DNA from: Alphaproteobacteria bacterium
Lineage (GTDB): Bacteria; Pseudomonadota; Alphaproteobacteria; Bin95
Reading direction: 5' to 3'
Assembly (NCBI GenBank): GCA_964291285.2
Contig: OZ219785.1
Location: 896,001-960,000, forward strand
Length of the DNA stretch: 64,000 nucleotides
This document shows positions 8,608 to 18,965 of this stretch, in pieces. The notes under the pieces were generated by a model, which saw only the letters and a list, made by a program, of their open reading frames with translations, was not told the origin of the DNA and did not search any database. The translations under genes and the position numbers were made by a program. How positions within the stretch are numbered: the first letter of the stretch is position 1; every line of letters starts with the position of its first letter.

Positions 8608-8865
8608 ACCGGCCGGGCGGCCGGACTACAGGGGATCATTGCCAGGCCGGTTCCGGACGGCGGGCAAACGGAGGACGCACGTCTCCTGTCTGGCGGCCGA
8701 CACCGGCCTTCACCCTTCCGGTTCCTTCGAGAACGGCGCCCCGCCGCCGTCCTATGCCCAAGTCATGCCCCCGCTCTCCCGTTGCGGCAGGCCCCGTATA
8801 TGGGGCGGACGCGCGGGAATTCAAGCATCTGGAAGGAAATAAATCCAGATTCGTGCCCGCCCGCC

Positions 8866-9570
8866 TCAGCCGAGCGCCGTCAGCGCCGCTTCGCGGGTTT
8901 CGAAATAGTCGATGATCGACGTGAAGCCGCCCATGTCGATGACCGCAAGGCATTCCGGCGAGAGGGCGGCGAGGACCAGCCGCCCGCCCTTCTCGTTGCA
9001 CAGCTTGGCCGAGACCAGCAGGGCGCGCAGCCCGCTGCTGTCCACATAGCCCATGCCCCCGCAGTCCAGCACGACGCGGGTGCTGCCGCGCCCGACGGCG
9101 GCGAAGATCCGCTCCGTCAGTATCGGCGCGTTCCTGCCCTCCAGCCGCCCGTCCAGCGAGAGCAGCACCGCCCGCTCCAATTGGCGTTCCGCAACGGCGA
9201 ACCCGCGCCCCTCTTCCGCCTCCCGGGGGCTTTCGGCGGCGGGCGCGGCAAGCGCGTCCTCGACGGTCTCGGGGCAGTCGAGGACCATCAGCAGGCCGGT
9301 CGCGTCCAGGACCGCCCGGCATTCGGGCCGGAGCGCCGCGACGGCGAAATCGCAGCCGGTCTGGAGGCATGCCCTGGCGCCGAGCAGCAGGGCGCGCAAG
9401 CCGGCGCTGCTGACATAGGCGACCTCGCGGCAGTCCACCACCAGGCGGCCGGGGCCGGTCTTCGCGACGGCGGCGAGCCTGGCCTCCAGGTCGGGAGCCC
9501 CGATCGCGTCCAGACGCCCGGCCGGGGAGACGACAACCGCCGGGCCCTCGCTCCGCTCCTCGATTTTCAT
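8866..9570 (-). CDS. Tandem-STAS anti-sigma factor antagonist
   Basis: Two GRL(D/E)...V(V/L)DC..V/M.YV(S/D)S.GLRALL repeats. Confidence 0.9.
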   Translation of the reverse strand: MKIEERSEGPAVVVSPAGRLDAIGAPDLEARLAAVAKTGPGRLVVDCREVAYVSSAGLRALLLGARACLQTGCDFAVAALRPECRAVLDATGLLMVLDCPETVEDALAAPAAESPREAEEGRGFAVAERQLERAVLLSLDGRLEGRNAPILTERIFAAVGRGSTRVVLDCGGMGYVDSSGLRALLVSAKLCNEKGGRLVLAALSPECLAVIDMGGFTSIIDYFETREAALTALG

Positions 9571-9795
9571 CGCGCCGCGTCCGTCATCGCCGGCCCTTCG
9601 ATGCCTCCGGGATATGCACGGACTATACAGGGATATGCCGGAATTTACAGGGGTTCCGCTGCCGGGGAGCGGTTGCGGAAACGGAATTGCGGGTCCCTTT
9701 TCTAGCCTGCCGCCTTCGATGGCAGGCGTGCATCTCGACCCGGGCGCGCCGCTGTTGTAGCAATGCGGGATGCAGGCGACGGGAGAGCCGACGAC

Positions 9796-10410
9796 ATGGC
9801 CCCAGATACTGGCGACAGCGCCCCCCTGATCCGACCGAGCCGCGCACAGGCCGAAGAGGCGGTGCGCATCCTGCTGCGCTGGGCAGGCGACGACCCCTCG
9901 CGCGAGGGCCTGGTCGGCACGCCGGACCGGGTGCTCCGGGCCTATGGCGAATTCTTCGCGGGCTACAGCGAAGACCCGGTCGCCGTGCTGGAGCGCACCT
10001 TCGAGGAAACCGCCGACTATGACGAGATGATCGTGGTGCGCGACATCCGCCTGGAAAGCCATTGCGAGCACCATATCGTGCCGATCATCGGCAAGGCGCA
10101 TGTCGGCTACCTGCCGGCCGGGCGTGTGGTCGGCATCTCCAAGCTCGCGCGCGTGGTGGACATCTTCGCCAAGCGCCTGCAGATCCAGGAACGGCTCACC
10201 ACCGAGATCGCCGACGCCATCGACCGTGTGCTGAGGCCGCGCGGCGTGGCGGTGGTCGTCGAGGCCACGCATATGTGCATGTCGACGCGCGGCATCCACA
10301 AGACCGCGTCCTCCACCGTGACCAGCCGGATGCTGGGCAGCTTCCGCTCCGACCCGACGACGCGGCGCGAGTTCCTGACCATGATCGGCAGAGGTGGCGA
10401 TTCCGTCTGA
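9796..10410 (+). CDS. folE: GTP cyclohydrolase I
   Basis: [28 protein letters not shown]. Confidence 0.96.
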   Translation: MAPDTGDSAPLIRPSRAQAEEAVRILLRWAGDDPSREGLVGTPDRVLRAYGEFFAGYSEDPVAVLERTFEETADYDEMIVVRDIRLESHCEHHIVPIIGKAHVGYLPAGRVVGISKLARVVDIFAKRLQIQERLTTEIADAIDRVLRPRGVAVVVEATHMCMSTRGIHKTASSTVTSRMLGSFRSDPTTRREFLTMIGRGGDSV

Positions 10411-10454
10411 GCCGCGCTAACCTTCCCGGCGACAAACTGCCGGAGGGGAACGCG

Positions 10455-10979
10455 ATGACCTACACGCTTGACCAATTCGCCGCCGAATGCCGCGAGGCGC
10501 TGGCCGCCGACGGCGGACGGGCCGGCAGGGAGGGCGTGCTCGCCTGCGTGAAGAAGGCGCTGGCGAGCCCGGAGTTCCTGGAGACGCATCTCGGGCCGGA
10601 CGCGACCGCCGAGCGCGAGATCATCTACGAGGACCCGGATTACGGCTTCTGTATCTGCGCCCATGTCTACCAGGGGGCGCGGACGGGCGGGCCGCACGAC
10701 CACGGGCCGACATGGGCGATCTACGGCCAGGCCTTCGGCGAGACCGAGATGACCGACTGGCGCATCGTCCGGCCGCCGGAAGGGGAGAAGCCGGGCCGGG
10801 TCGCGCTCTCGCGCGTCTACACGATGAAGCCGGGCGACGCGCATCTCTACGATGTGGGCGACGTGCACGCGCCGCGGCGCATGTCGGCGACGCGCCTCAT
10901 CCGCATCGAGGGCTGCGACACCATGAAGGTGAAGCGCACGCCGCTGATGGCGGTGGAAGCAGCGGACGCCGCGCAATGA
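10455..10979 (+). CDS. Cysteine-dioxygenase-like cupin protein
   Basis: PHDHGPTWAIYG...GDVH metal-binding His pattern; SD GGAGGG. Confidence 0.75.
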   Translation: MTYTLDQFAAECREALAADGGRAGREGVLACVKKALASPEFLETHLGPDATAEREIIYEDPDYGFCICAHVYQGARTGGPHDHGPTWAIYGQAFGETEMTDWRIVRPPEGEKPGRVALSRVYTMKPGDAHLYDVGDVHAPRRMSATRLIRIEGCDTMKVKRTPLMAVEAADAAQ

Positions 10980-11863
10980 GTGTGCAGATCCGGCGCCTGA
11001 CGCCGGCCTTTGCGGGCGAGGTCTCCGGCGTCGACACCACCCGGCCGCTGCCGGCGGGCGTGGCGGCGGCGCTCGACGCGGGCATGGCGGAGCACGGCGT
11101 GCTGGTGTTCCCCGGCCAGGCGCTGACGGACGAGCAGCAGGCGGCGTTCTCGCAGAATTTCGGCCGGCTGGAGATGCCGTCCGCGGTGTCCAACATCACC
11201 AAGGAGCATGAGCGCCGGCTCGGCCCCGCCATGGCGGACGTGTCCAACCTGACGAAGGAGCACCGGCCCTTCGACCGCGAGGACCGGCGGCGCATGTTCA
11301 ATCTCGGCAACCGCCTCTGGCACTCGGATTCCTCCTTCCGGGCGGTGCCGGCGAAGCTCAGCCTTCTTTCCGGGCGTATCCTGCCGTCGAGCGGCGGCAA
11401 CACCGAGTTCGCCGACATGGCGGGGGCTTACGATGCGCTCGACGCGGCGATGAAGGCGCGGGTCGAGGACCTTGTCTGCGAGCACTCGCTGCTCTATTCG
11501 CGCGGCCGGCTGGGCTTCGAGGGCCTGACCGAGGAGGAGAAGGCCAATTTCCGCCCCGTGCGCCAGGCGCTGGTGCGCGTCCACCCGCAGAACGGGCGGA
11601 AGTCGCTGTACCTCTCCGCCCACGCCGGCAGGATCGTCGGCTGGCCGGTCCCCGAAGGCCGCCTCCTGCTGGAAGAGCTCACCGAGCACGCGACGCAGAG
11701 GCAGTTCGTCTATGCGCATGAATGGCGCGTGAACGACCTCGTGATCTGGGATAACCGGCGCACCATGCACCGCGCGCGCCCCTTCGACGATGTGAACGAG
11801 GTCCGCGACATGCGCCGCACCACCGTGGCCGGCGAGGAAATGACGGCCGCCCAGGCGGCCTGA
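10976..11863 (+). CDS. TauD/TfdA family Fe(II)/2-oxoglutarate dioxygenase
   Basis: WHSDSSF, GNTEFAD, WDNRRTMHR, RDMRRTT. Confidence 0.93.
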   Translation: MSVQIRRLTPAFAGEVSGVDTTRPLPAGVAAALDAGMAEHGVLVFPGQALTDEQQAAFSQNFGRLEMPSAVSNITKEHERRLGPAMADVSNLTKEHRPFDREDRRRMFNLGNRLWHSDSSFRAVPAKLSLLSGRILPSSGGNTEFADMAGAYDALDAAMKARVEDLVCEHSLLYSRGRLGFEGLTEEEKANFRPVRQALVRVHPQNGRKSLYLSAHAGRIVGWPVPEGRLLLEELTEHATQRQFVYAHEWRVNDLVIWDNRRTMHRARPFDDVNEVRDMRRTTVAGEEMTAAQAA

Positions 11864-11868
11864 GGACC

Positions 11869-13287
11869 GTGCCGGACAGCGGCGGCCCGGCCCCCAACCC
11901 GGCGGAACGGCTGGCGGCCTTTGCTGCGGCGTTGCGCGCGGAGGATGTGCCGGCGGCGGTCCGGGAGCGGGCACGGCATCTGATACTCGATGCGCTCGGC
12001 GTGGCCGCGGCCTCCAGCCGGCAGGAGTTCGCGCGCGTCATGCTGGAGGGCTTCCGGGCGACCGCCGGCGGGGGGGGGTCCGGCGTGGTGGCGATGGGCG
12101 CGCGGCTCTCGCTCCGCGATGCGGCCGCGCTCAATGCCGCGCTCATCCACGGCCTCGATTTCGACGACACCCATCCGGGCGCGGTGGTGCATTGCACGGC
12201 CGTTTCTCTGCCCGCCGCGCTGGCGCTGGGGGAAGAGCGCGACGCGGCCGGCGCGGAAATCCTCACCGCCTATATCGCCGCGATGGAATGCGCCGCGCGG
12301 ATCGGCCTTGCCGCCGATTACGGCTTCCACCGGCGCGGCTTCCACGCCACCGGGATCGCGGGACACTTTTCCTCCGCGCTCGCCGCCGGGCGGCTCATGG
12401 GCCTCGATGCGGCGGCGCTCGCCTCGGCGCAGGGCGTGTGCGTCTCGACGGCGGCGGCAAGCCGCGAGTTCTGGTCGGACGGCGCCTGGAACAAGCGCCT
12501 CCACCCCGGCTGGGCGGCGGAGGCCGGCATTACCGCGGCGGGCCTTGCCGGCGCCGGTTTCAAGGGCTGCGAGCGCCCCTATGACGGACGCTTCGGCCTC
12601 TTCCGGATGCTGATGGGCGCCGACGCGGACGGCGTCGATTACGCGCTTCTGGCCGGCGGGCTGGGAGAGCGCTGGGAGCTGCTCGAATCGGCCGTCAAGC
12701 CCTTCCCGACCTGCCATTACACCCATGCGATCATCGACAGCGCGATTGCGCTCCGCCGGGATCGCGGCCTCGGGCTCGATGACATCGCCCGCATTACGGT
12801 GCTGGTGCATGAGGACCTGATCGGAGCGCTGATGGAGCCGGAGGCGCTGAAACGCAGGCCGCCGGACGACTATGCGGCCCGCTTCAGCGCCCCCTGGGCG
12901 GCGGCCTGCGGGCTGGCGCTCGGAAGGCTCGGGCTCCGGGAACTGGAGCCGGAGGCGCTGCAAGACCCGCAAGTGCTGGCGCTGGCGGCGCGTGTCGAGT
13001 GCCGGCCCGATCCGGACTCGCTCTTCCCGCGCTGTTTCTCGGCAGGCGTCGAGGTCGAGACCCGGTCGGGCGCGCGCTTCAGGCACCATGAGCCGGTCAA
13101 TCGCGGCGCCGGCGACCGGGCGCTCGCCAATGCCGAGATCGTGGAGAAGTTCCACGCCAACGCCGCTCCGGCGCTGGGCGAAGCGCGCGCCGAAGCCATG
13201 GCCGCCCATGTGCTGGACATGGAGAAGCTGACGGGAAGGGAGTTGATGAGGGGGCTGATACCGGCGGCGCCGGGTAGCGGCTTATGA
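11869..13287 (+). CDS. MmgE/PrpD family protein
   Basis: HGLDFDDTH, GFHATG, KRLHPG, KPFPTCHYTH. Confidence 0.9.
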   Translation: MPDSGGPAPNPAERLAAFAAALRAEDVPAAVRERARHLILDALGVAAASSRQEFARVMLEGFRATAGGGGSGVVAMGARLSLRDAAALNAALIHGLDFDDTHPGAVVHCTAVSLPAALALGEERDAAGAEILTAYIAAMECAARIGLAADYGFHRRGFHATGIAGHFSSALAAGRLMGLDAAALASAQGVCVSTAAASREFWSDGAWNKRLHPGWAAEAGITAAGLAGAGFKGCERPYDGRFGLFRMLMGADADGVDYALLAGGLGERWELLESAVKPFPTCHYTHAIIDSAIALRRDRGLGLDDIARITVLVHEDLIGALMEPEALKRRPPDDYAARFSAPWAAACGLALGRLGLRELEPEALQDPQVLALAARVECRPDPDSLFPRCFSAGVEVETRSGARFRHHEPVNRGAGDRALANAEIVEKFHANAAPALGEARAEAMAAHVLDMEKLTGRELMRGLIPAAPGSGL

Positions 13288-13516
13288 GGGGCGCCGCGCT
13301 GCCGACGCGCCGTCCGGGACTGTTCGGCAACAGGACCCTAGCCAATGCGTTTCCGCCATGTTTCAATCCTGTAATGCGAAGCCGCGACGCAATCGAACCC
13401 ACAAAGGAAAACGGCGTCGCCATACCGGGAGCGGACGCGCCGCCGGCGATCGCAGCCTGAGGGGGCCGCAACACCTCGAACCGACAAGCAACAGGCGACC
13501 AGGGAGGAATAACGCC

Positions 13517-14701
13517 ATGACGCTTTCTCGACGCGATTTTCTGCGCATTTCCGCAGACTACGGGACCAAGGCGGCCGTCTTTGCCGCCGTTGCCGGAACG
13601 ACGTCCGCCACGCTCATCAGCCAGTTCGCTGCCAGGGACGCGCAGGCTGCCAAGAAGGCCAAATATACGATCCGCCACGGCGTCAGCGTGGTAAATCCGA
13701 AGAACGAAGAATTCCTGCAGACCCGCGCCTATGACTTCGCCAAATGGATCGAGGAAGGATCGGACGGCGAAATCGCCGTGCAGACCCTCGACAGCGGCCA
13801 GGCCTGCGCGGAAAACCAGTGCGTCGAGCGGGTCGGGGCCGGCGTGCTCGATATGGGCAATTCCTCGGCGCAGAATGCCGCCGCCATCATCTACCACGCG
13901 CAGGCGCTCGACTGGCCCTTCCTGTGGCGGGATCCGCAATCGCTTCTCAACCTGCTGCACGATCCGGCCATGAACCCGGTTTACCGGGATGTCTGGCGGG
14001 AAAAGTACGGCGTCGAGTTCCTCTATTGCACGAACGAGCTGCGCGACATCTTCATGGGGTTGAAATACAGCGACCTGCCGGAGGTCCGTCACCCGGACGG
14101 CCTGAAGGGCCGCAAGCTCCGGATCACCAACTCCACCATGATCCAGAATTTCGCCGAGTCGCTCGGCATGAGCCCGGTGCCGCTCGCCTGGACCGAGACG
14201 CTGGAAGGCATGAAGTCCGGCGTCGTCGATGGCATGGAGACCTGGGGCGGCGCGGCCGCGAGCTTCGGCATGACCAAGGTCACGGCTCAGGTGCTCGAGC
14301 TGGACTTCTGCCCCGGAACGGGCTCGTGTTTCATGAATTTGCGGGCGATGGAGCGCATGCCCGGGCGCCTGCAGGACGTGGTTCGCGAAGCCGCCCGCAG
14401 GGCGAGCGAAGAATCGTACCAAAATCTGCTGGTCGCCTTGAACACCGTCACCGGCGCCGGGCCGAACCCGACGCCGGAGAGCAACTATGTGCAGATGCAG
14501 GACACGATGCGCCATGTCCGCCTGACCGAGGACGAGATGGAGGCGTTCCGCGAGCGCGGCTCGGTCGAGCGCAACGGGCAGATCTACAGCGGGATCCGCA
14601 AGGAACTGGACAATCTGGCGGGCCTCGACGTGTTCGGCGCTATTGCCGAGTTCGAGAAGAAAGTCCGCGGCAAACCGCTGAATGCCCAGAAGTGGTGGTA
14701 G
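13517..14701 (+). CDS. TRAP transporter substrate-binding protein (Tat signal)
   Basis: SRRDFL twin-Arg; GLKGRKLRI, PVPLAWTE...SGVVDGME. Confidence 0.9.
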   Translation: MTLSRRDFLRISADYGTKAAVFAAVAGTTSATLISQFAARDAQAAKKAKYTIRHGVSVVNPKNEEFLQTRAYDFAKWIEEGSDGEIAVQTLDSGQACAENQCVERVGAGVLDMGNSSAQNAAAIIYHAQALDWPFLWRDPQSLLNLLHDPAMNPVYRDVWREKYGVEFLYCTNELRDIFMGLKYSDLPEVRHPDGLKGRKLRITNSTMIQNFAESLGMSPVPLAWTETLEGMKSGVVDGMETWGGAAASFGMTKVTAQVLELDFCPGTGSCFMNLRAMERMPGRLQDVVREAARRASEESYQNLLVALNTVTGAGPNPTPESNYVQMQDTMRHVRLTEDEMEAFRERGSVERNGQIYSGIRKELDNLAGLDVFGAIAEFEKKVRGKPLNAQKWW

Positions 14702-14714
14702 TCGCGTAGCCGGA

Positions 14715-14756
14715 CCCCGGAAGCCGCCAGGCTTCCGGGGGCTCTTTCATTCTTTT
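14715..14756 (+). terminator. Hairpin between dctP and dctQ (terminator or mRNA stabiliser)
   Basis: CCCCGGAAGCC-GCCA-GGCTTCCGGGG followed by a T-rich tract. Confidence 0.65.
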
Positions 14757-14809
14757 CCGGACGGAAATCCCGGACTGCCTGACGGCGTCCGGGAAAGCGG
14801 GTGTGTCTG

Positions 14810-15316
14810 ATGGGCCAGCGATTCGACGACCTGATTACCTGGATCGAAAAGGCGGTGATGCTGCTCGCCTATCTGACGATCATCCTGGTGGTGGGGCTGG
14901 AGACGATCCGGCGGATGATCACGGGCGAGCAGGCGGCCTGGGGGCCGGAGATCGCCATGGGCGCGTTCGTCTGGCTCTCGTGGTTCGCCATGTCCGCCGG
15001 CGTGCGCACCGGCGCGCATCTCTCTTTCACCACCGTGCGGGACCGCGTGCCCGACGGGATTCGCCGGGGTATGGAGGTCTTCGACTGCCTGCTCTGGTTC
15101 GTGCTGGGCGCTGTCGTCATCGTCGCCTCGTGGGATGTCGTGATGCTGAATGAGCGCTTCAACATCAAGATCTTCGGCACCGACATCCCGATCGCCGCGA
15201 TCTCCATCGCCGTGCCGCTCGGCTGGGGCTTCACCATGGTGCGGGTGTTCCAACAGCTGGTCCGGGTGTTGCAGGGCAAGACCGGCCCGCATATCGCGGC
15301 GGAGGAAATCCGATGA
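14810..15316 (+). CDS. TRAP small permease DctQ
   Basis: Four TM segments, W.PEI...FVWL...GAHL. Confidence 0.88.
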   Translation: MGQRFDDLITWIEKAVMLLAYLTIILVVGLETIRRMITGEQAAWGPEIAMGAFVWLSWFAMSAGVRTGAHLSFTTVRDRVPDGIRRGMEVFDCLLWFVLGAVVIVASWDVVMLNERFNIKIFGTDIPIAAISIAVPLGWGFTMVRVFQQLVRVLQGKTGPHIAAEEIR

Positions 15317-16656
15317 GCGAAGGCGATCTTTCGACCCTGCAACTCCTCGTCGATTGGCTCCGCGAGGTTCTGAACGTCTGGAACATCACCGCCATCGCCG
15401 TCCTGCTGTTCTTTCTCGGTACCCCCGTCGTGCTGGTGCTGGCTGCCTGGGTGGTGGCGTCCTCCTATTTCGTCGTGGAGTTCCCGTTGACCAATGTCGG
15501 CATCGCGGCAAACGACTCGATCAAGAACTTCATCTTCCTGGCCGTACCACTGTTCGTCATCACCGGCGACTTCCTGACGGAGGGCGGCATCAGCCGCAGG
15601 CTGATCGCGTTCTCGCGCTCCTGCGTTGGCTTCATGCATGGCGCCACGGCGGCGACGGCGATGTTCTCCTGCGGCCTGTTTGCGGCGATCTCCGGCTCCA
15701 ATGCCGCGACCGCGGCGACCATGGGGCGGCTGCTCGGGCCGGAAATGGTCGAGCGCGGCGTCAGCCCGGGCCTGTCGGGCGCGATCATTGCGGCGGGCGG
15801 CACCGTCGGCGTCATCATCCCGCCGAGCGTGATCTTCCTGATCTACGGCGTCACGATGGAGGTGCCGAGCGTCGACCTGTTTATCGGCGGCATGATTCCG
15901 GGCCTGTTGATGGTCATAGCGCTGATCGGCAGTGCGGTGGTACTGACCGGGAAGGTGGAGCGCGGGATCGGCCTGCGTAACCTGAGCCCCCGGCGGATCG
16001 TCGAATCGGCGTTGGCGGCCTGGGCGGGGTTCATCGCGATCGGGGTGATCTTTTTCGGCATTTACTGGGGCTATTTCAGCCCGACGGAGGCGGCCGGGGT
16101 CGTCGCCATCTACTGCTTCATCGTCGGCTCCGTGCCGTTTCTTGGGGGCCGGCTCCACCTGCGCCAGATACCGGGCATCATGCTGAACAGCGCGCGGCTG
16201 GCCGGTCTGCTGGTGCCGCTGGTGGTGTTTTCCATCCAGTTTCAACAGGTCTCCAGCGTTATGGGCCTGCCGGTGGCGATCCAGGACTTTCTGGGCGACC
16301 TCGGCGAGAACTACGGCTCGACGGTGCTGATCGCCGTCATGATGCTGTTGATCCTGCTCGTGGGCGCGATCACCGAATCGGTTGCCGTGGTCCTCATTCT
16401 CGGTCCCATCCTGGCGCCGGTGGCGGAGAGTATCGGCATCGATCCGGTCCATTGGGGCGTGGTCTTCGTCGTCGGCACCACGATCGGATTCATCACGCCG
16501 CCCTACGGCCTGAACCTGTTCGTGGTTTCGGGGGTCCTGAGGATCAACTACGACCTGATCATCCGGCAGATCTTCAAATTGCTGATCCCGCTGATGATCG
16601 TGTGGACCATCGTGACGGCGGTGCCCTGGTTGTCTCTGGTGCTGCTCGGCGGCTAG
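15313..16656 (+). CDS. TRAP large permease DctM
   Basis: LAVPLF, AISGSNAAT, GVIIPPS, FSPTEAA, GFITPPYGLNLF. Confidence 0.93.
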   Translation: MSEGDLSTLQLLVDWLREVLNVWNITAIAVLLFFLGTPVVLVLAAWVVASSYFVVEFPLTNVGIAANDSIKNFIFLAVPLFVITGDFLTEGGISRRLIAFSRSCVGFMHGATAATAMFSCGLFAAISGSNAATAATMGRLLGPEMVERGVSPGLSGAIIAAGGTVGVIIPPSVIFLIYGVTMEVPSVDLFIGGMIPGLLMVIALIGSAVVLTGKVERGIGLRNLSPRRIVESALAAWAGFIAIGVIFFGIYWGYFSPTEAAGVVAIYCFIVGSVPFLGGRLHLRQIPGIMLNSARLAGLLVPLVVFSIQFQQVSSVMGLPVAIQDFLGDLGENYGSTVLIAVMMLLILLVGAITESVAVVLILGPILAPVAESIGIDPVHWGVVFVVGTTIGFITPPYGLNLFVVSGVLRINYDLIIRQIFKLLIPLMIVWTIVTAVPWLSLVLLGG

Positions 16657-16665
16657 GAGGAACGA

Positions 16666-17034
16666 ATGAGCGAGCGCAAAGAAGCGACCGAAAAGCTGTT
16701 CAAGGCGTTCGTGAAAGGCTTCGCGAAGCACGACACGGCGCTGGTTGCGCCGACGCTGGCCGACGATTTCGTCTGGAGCCAGCCGACGGGCGAGAACTTT
16801 GTCGGCAAGGAGGCCGCCCTGCAGGCCATGGCCGACCGCTGGTCCGCGCCCGGCGGCGGACCGGTGTTCGGCAATGGCGGTTTCGAGGTGGTCGGCGACA
16901 CCGTGATCCAGACCTACGAGGTGACGGCCGACGCGCCGGACGGCGGCAAAAGGACCGTGCGCGGCATGGACATCTACAAGGTCCGCGACGGCCTGCTCAC
17001 ACGAAAGGACGCCTTCTGGAAGCAGCCGGGGTAG
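16666..17034 (+). CDS. SnoaL/NTF2-like protein
   Basis: 122 aa, LADDFVW, GMDIYKVRDG...KDAFWK. Confidence 0.8.
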   Translation: MSERKEATEKLFKAFVKGFAKHDTALVAPTLADDFVWSQPTGENFVGKEAALQAMADRWSAPGGGPVFGNGGFEVVGDTVIQTYEVTADAPDGGKRTVRGMDIYKVRDGLLTRKDAFWKQPG

Positions 17035-17155
17035 TGTTGCCGGCTCGTCGGCTCCCGGGCGGTTTTCGACAGTAATCCATGCCCCGGTTTGCGCCCGGCT
17101 CGCGGCGCCCGCTATTCTCGCCGCCCCGACCCGAAGATCCTGCAAGGCGGCCCCC

Positions 17156-17944
17156 ATGACCTCCGAGACGGCCCTCTACGAACGCGACGGCGCGATCGTC
17201 ATGATCACGCTCAACCGGCCCGAGAAGCTGAACGCCTTCGACGACGCGGCGGTGGAGGCGCTGTCGGAGGCGCTGGCCCGCTTCGACACCGACCCCGACG
17301 CCAATGTCGCGATCCTGCACGGGGCGGGGCGCGCCTTCTCCACCGGGGCGGATGTGCTGCGCCGGCAGCTGCGCCCCCGCGAGGAGCTGGAGCGCTTCGG
17401 CGGCCCGCAGGGGCGCGGGGCGGATTCCGGGCGCCTTTTCACCCACGCGGTCAACTGGAAGCCGGTGGTCGCCGCCGTGCATGGCTATGTCATGGGGCTC
17501 GCGGTCGGCATCGCGCTCGACTGTGACCTGCTGGTGGCCGAGGCCGGCACGCGCTTCCAGATCACCGAGACCTCGCGCGGCCTCGGCGGGTCGGTCTATT
17601 GGGGGCTGATGCGGCTGCGCGGGGCCGGCGCCTTCGGCGATGAGGTGGCGCTGACCGGACGATGGTTCACGGCCGAGGAGGCCGCGGCCGCCGGCGCGGT
17701 CAACCGCCTTGCGCCCGCTGGCGGCCATCTCGAGGCCGCCCGCGAGCTCGCGGAGACGCTGAACGCCAACCCGCCGCTCAGCGTGCGTTCGACCGTCCGG
17801 GCGCGCCGGCGCGAGATTGCGCGGGTGCGCTCCGAACTCTCCGCCGCCGCGCAGCCGGAACGGCTCTATCTGACCGAGGATTTCCACGAGGCGGCGCTCG
17901 CCTTCAAGGAGAAGCGCGCGCCCCGGCCGTTCAGGGGCCGTTGA
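17156..17944 (+). CDS. Enoyl-CoA hydratase/isomerase family protein
   Basis: TLNRPEKLNA, AFSTGAD, KPVVAAVHGY. Confidence 0.9.
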   Translation: MTSETALYERDGAIVMITLNRPEKLNAFDDAAVEALSEALARFDTDPDANVAILHGAGRAFSTGADVLRRQLRPREELERFGGPQGRGADSGRLFTHAVNWKPVVAAVHGYVMGLAVGIALDCDLLVAEAGTRFQITETSRGLGGSVYWGLMRLRGAGAFGDEVALTGRWFTAEEAAAAGAVNRLAPAGGHLEAARELAETLNANPPLSVRSTVRARRREIARVRSELSAAAQPERLYLTEDFHEAALAFKEKRAPRPFRGR

Positions 17945-18788
17945 GCGGGGCCAGCCCCTCCAGGACCGGGCGGAAGCCGACCAGGATGTGCTTCAGCCCG
18001 GCCGGGCGGCTGTGGCGGGCCGCCGGGCGGCAGACGCCGCAGCCGCTGTCGTCCCAGGACCCGCCTTTGACCAGGAAACGCCCGGGCCGGGCCTCGGTCG
18101 CGGTCCACTCGAAGACCTGGCCCGCGGCGTCCAGCAGGCCGAAGGGCGAGGCGCTGTCCGGGAACCGGCCGACAGGCAGCGTGTCGAACGGTCCGCCGTC
18201 ATGGCTGTTGAGGCGCCAGGGCGCGAATTCGTCGCCCCAGGGGAACCTGCGGCCATCCGTGCCGCGCGCCGCCTTCTCCCATTCCAGTTCGGTCGGCAGC
18301 CGCCAGACGCGCCCGGTGCGCGCTGAGAGCCACGCCGTATAGGCCCGCGCGTCCTCATGCGAGACCAGCACGACGGGGTGCGCCTTCCGGTCTTCCGGCG
18401 GGTAGCCGCCGATCCAGGCATGGCGGCGGGTGCGGGGATAGGGGTGGATCAGGCCGTAACCCTTCCAGGTCTCGGCATCGACATCGGGTGCCCCGCGCCC
18501 TGTCTCGGCGATGAAGGCCGCATATTGCGCATTGGTGACGGGCGTGCGGGCGATCCGGAAGCCCGGCAGGCTCAGCGTCCCGCGGTCGCGCTCGCCATCA
18601 TACCAGCCCTGCCGGCGGGTGACCGAATGGCCGTAGGCGGCTTCGTCCAGCCGGTAGGCGGCCTCGCGCTCTGCCGCATCGGAGCCGGCGATGAACGTTC
18701 CGGCCGGCACCGGGACCGTTTCCGGCAGGTCCGCGGCTGCCGTTCCGAAGGCCGCCAGAATCAGTGCTCCCGCTTGCACAACGCGCAT
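17931..18788 (-). CDS. Secreted FGE-sulfatase (SUMF1/EgtB/PvdO) domain protein
   Basis: Signal peptide; PVTNAQY, HPVV.VS..DA, RLPTELEWEKAARG, FPWG, GLLDAAGQVFEW, KGGSW, GFR. Confidence 0.9.
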   Translation of the reverse strand: MRVVQAGALILAAFGTAAADLPETVPVPAGTFIAGSDAAEREAAYRLDEAAYGHSVTRRQGWYDGERDRGTLSLPGFRIARTPVTNAQYAAFIAETGRGAPDVDAETWKGYGLIHPYPRTRRHAWIGGYPPEDRKAHPVVLVSHEDARAYTAWLSARTGRVWRLPTELEWEKAARGTDGRRFPWGDEFAPWRLNSHDGGPFDTLPVGRFPDSASPFGLLDAAGQVFEWTATEARPGRFLVKGGSWDDSGCGVCRPAARHSRPAGLKHILVGFRPVLEGLAPLNGP

Positions 18789-18965
18789 CTATCCGCCCTT
18801 TCCGATGGTCAGGCGAACCTTCCTGCGCGCCGCGCGCAAGGCCCGCTCACGCAGTTGTGACCCGATTCGTCCATTTTTCCGGTCTCCATATCGGTTAGCA
18901 TGATGGCAGGCGATTTTCGGATCGTCCGGCGCGTTATCGGGAAAACCAAGAATGGGAGAACTGCC

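Noticed and set aside
5722-8639. 801-aa and 584-aa ORFs as large fusion proteins
   Set aside because: The N-terminal extensions are GC-rich shadow frames; motif-bearing parts start at 6888 and 8069 with ATGA coupling
9796-10410. folE near a DGQHR gene as a sign of a dpd (7-deazaguanine) DNA-modification island
   Set aside because: No dpdA/tgt-like, queC, queD or queE gene in the window; folE has host-like GC and lies outside the island, so it is probably housekeeping
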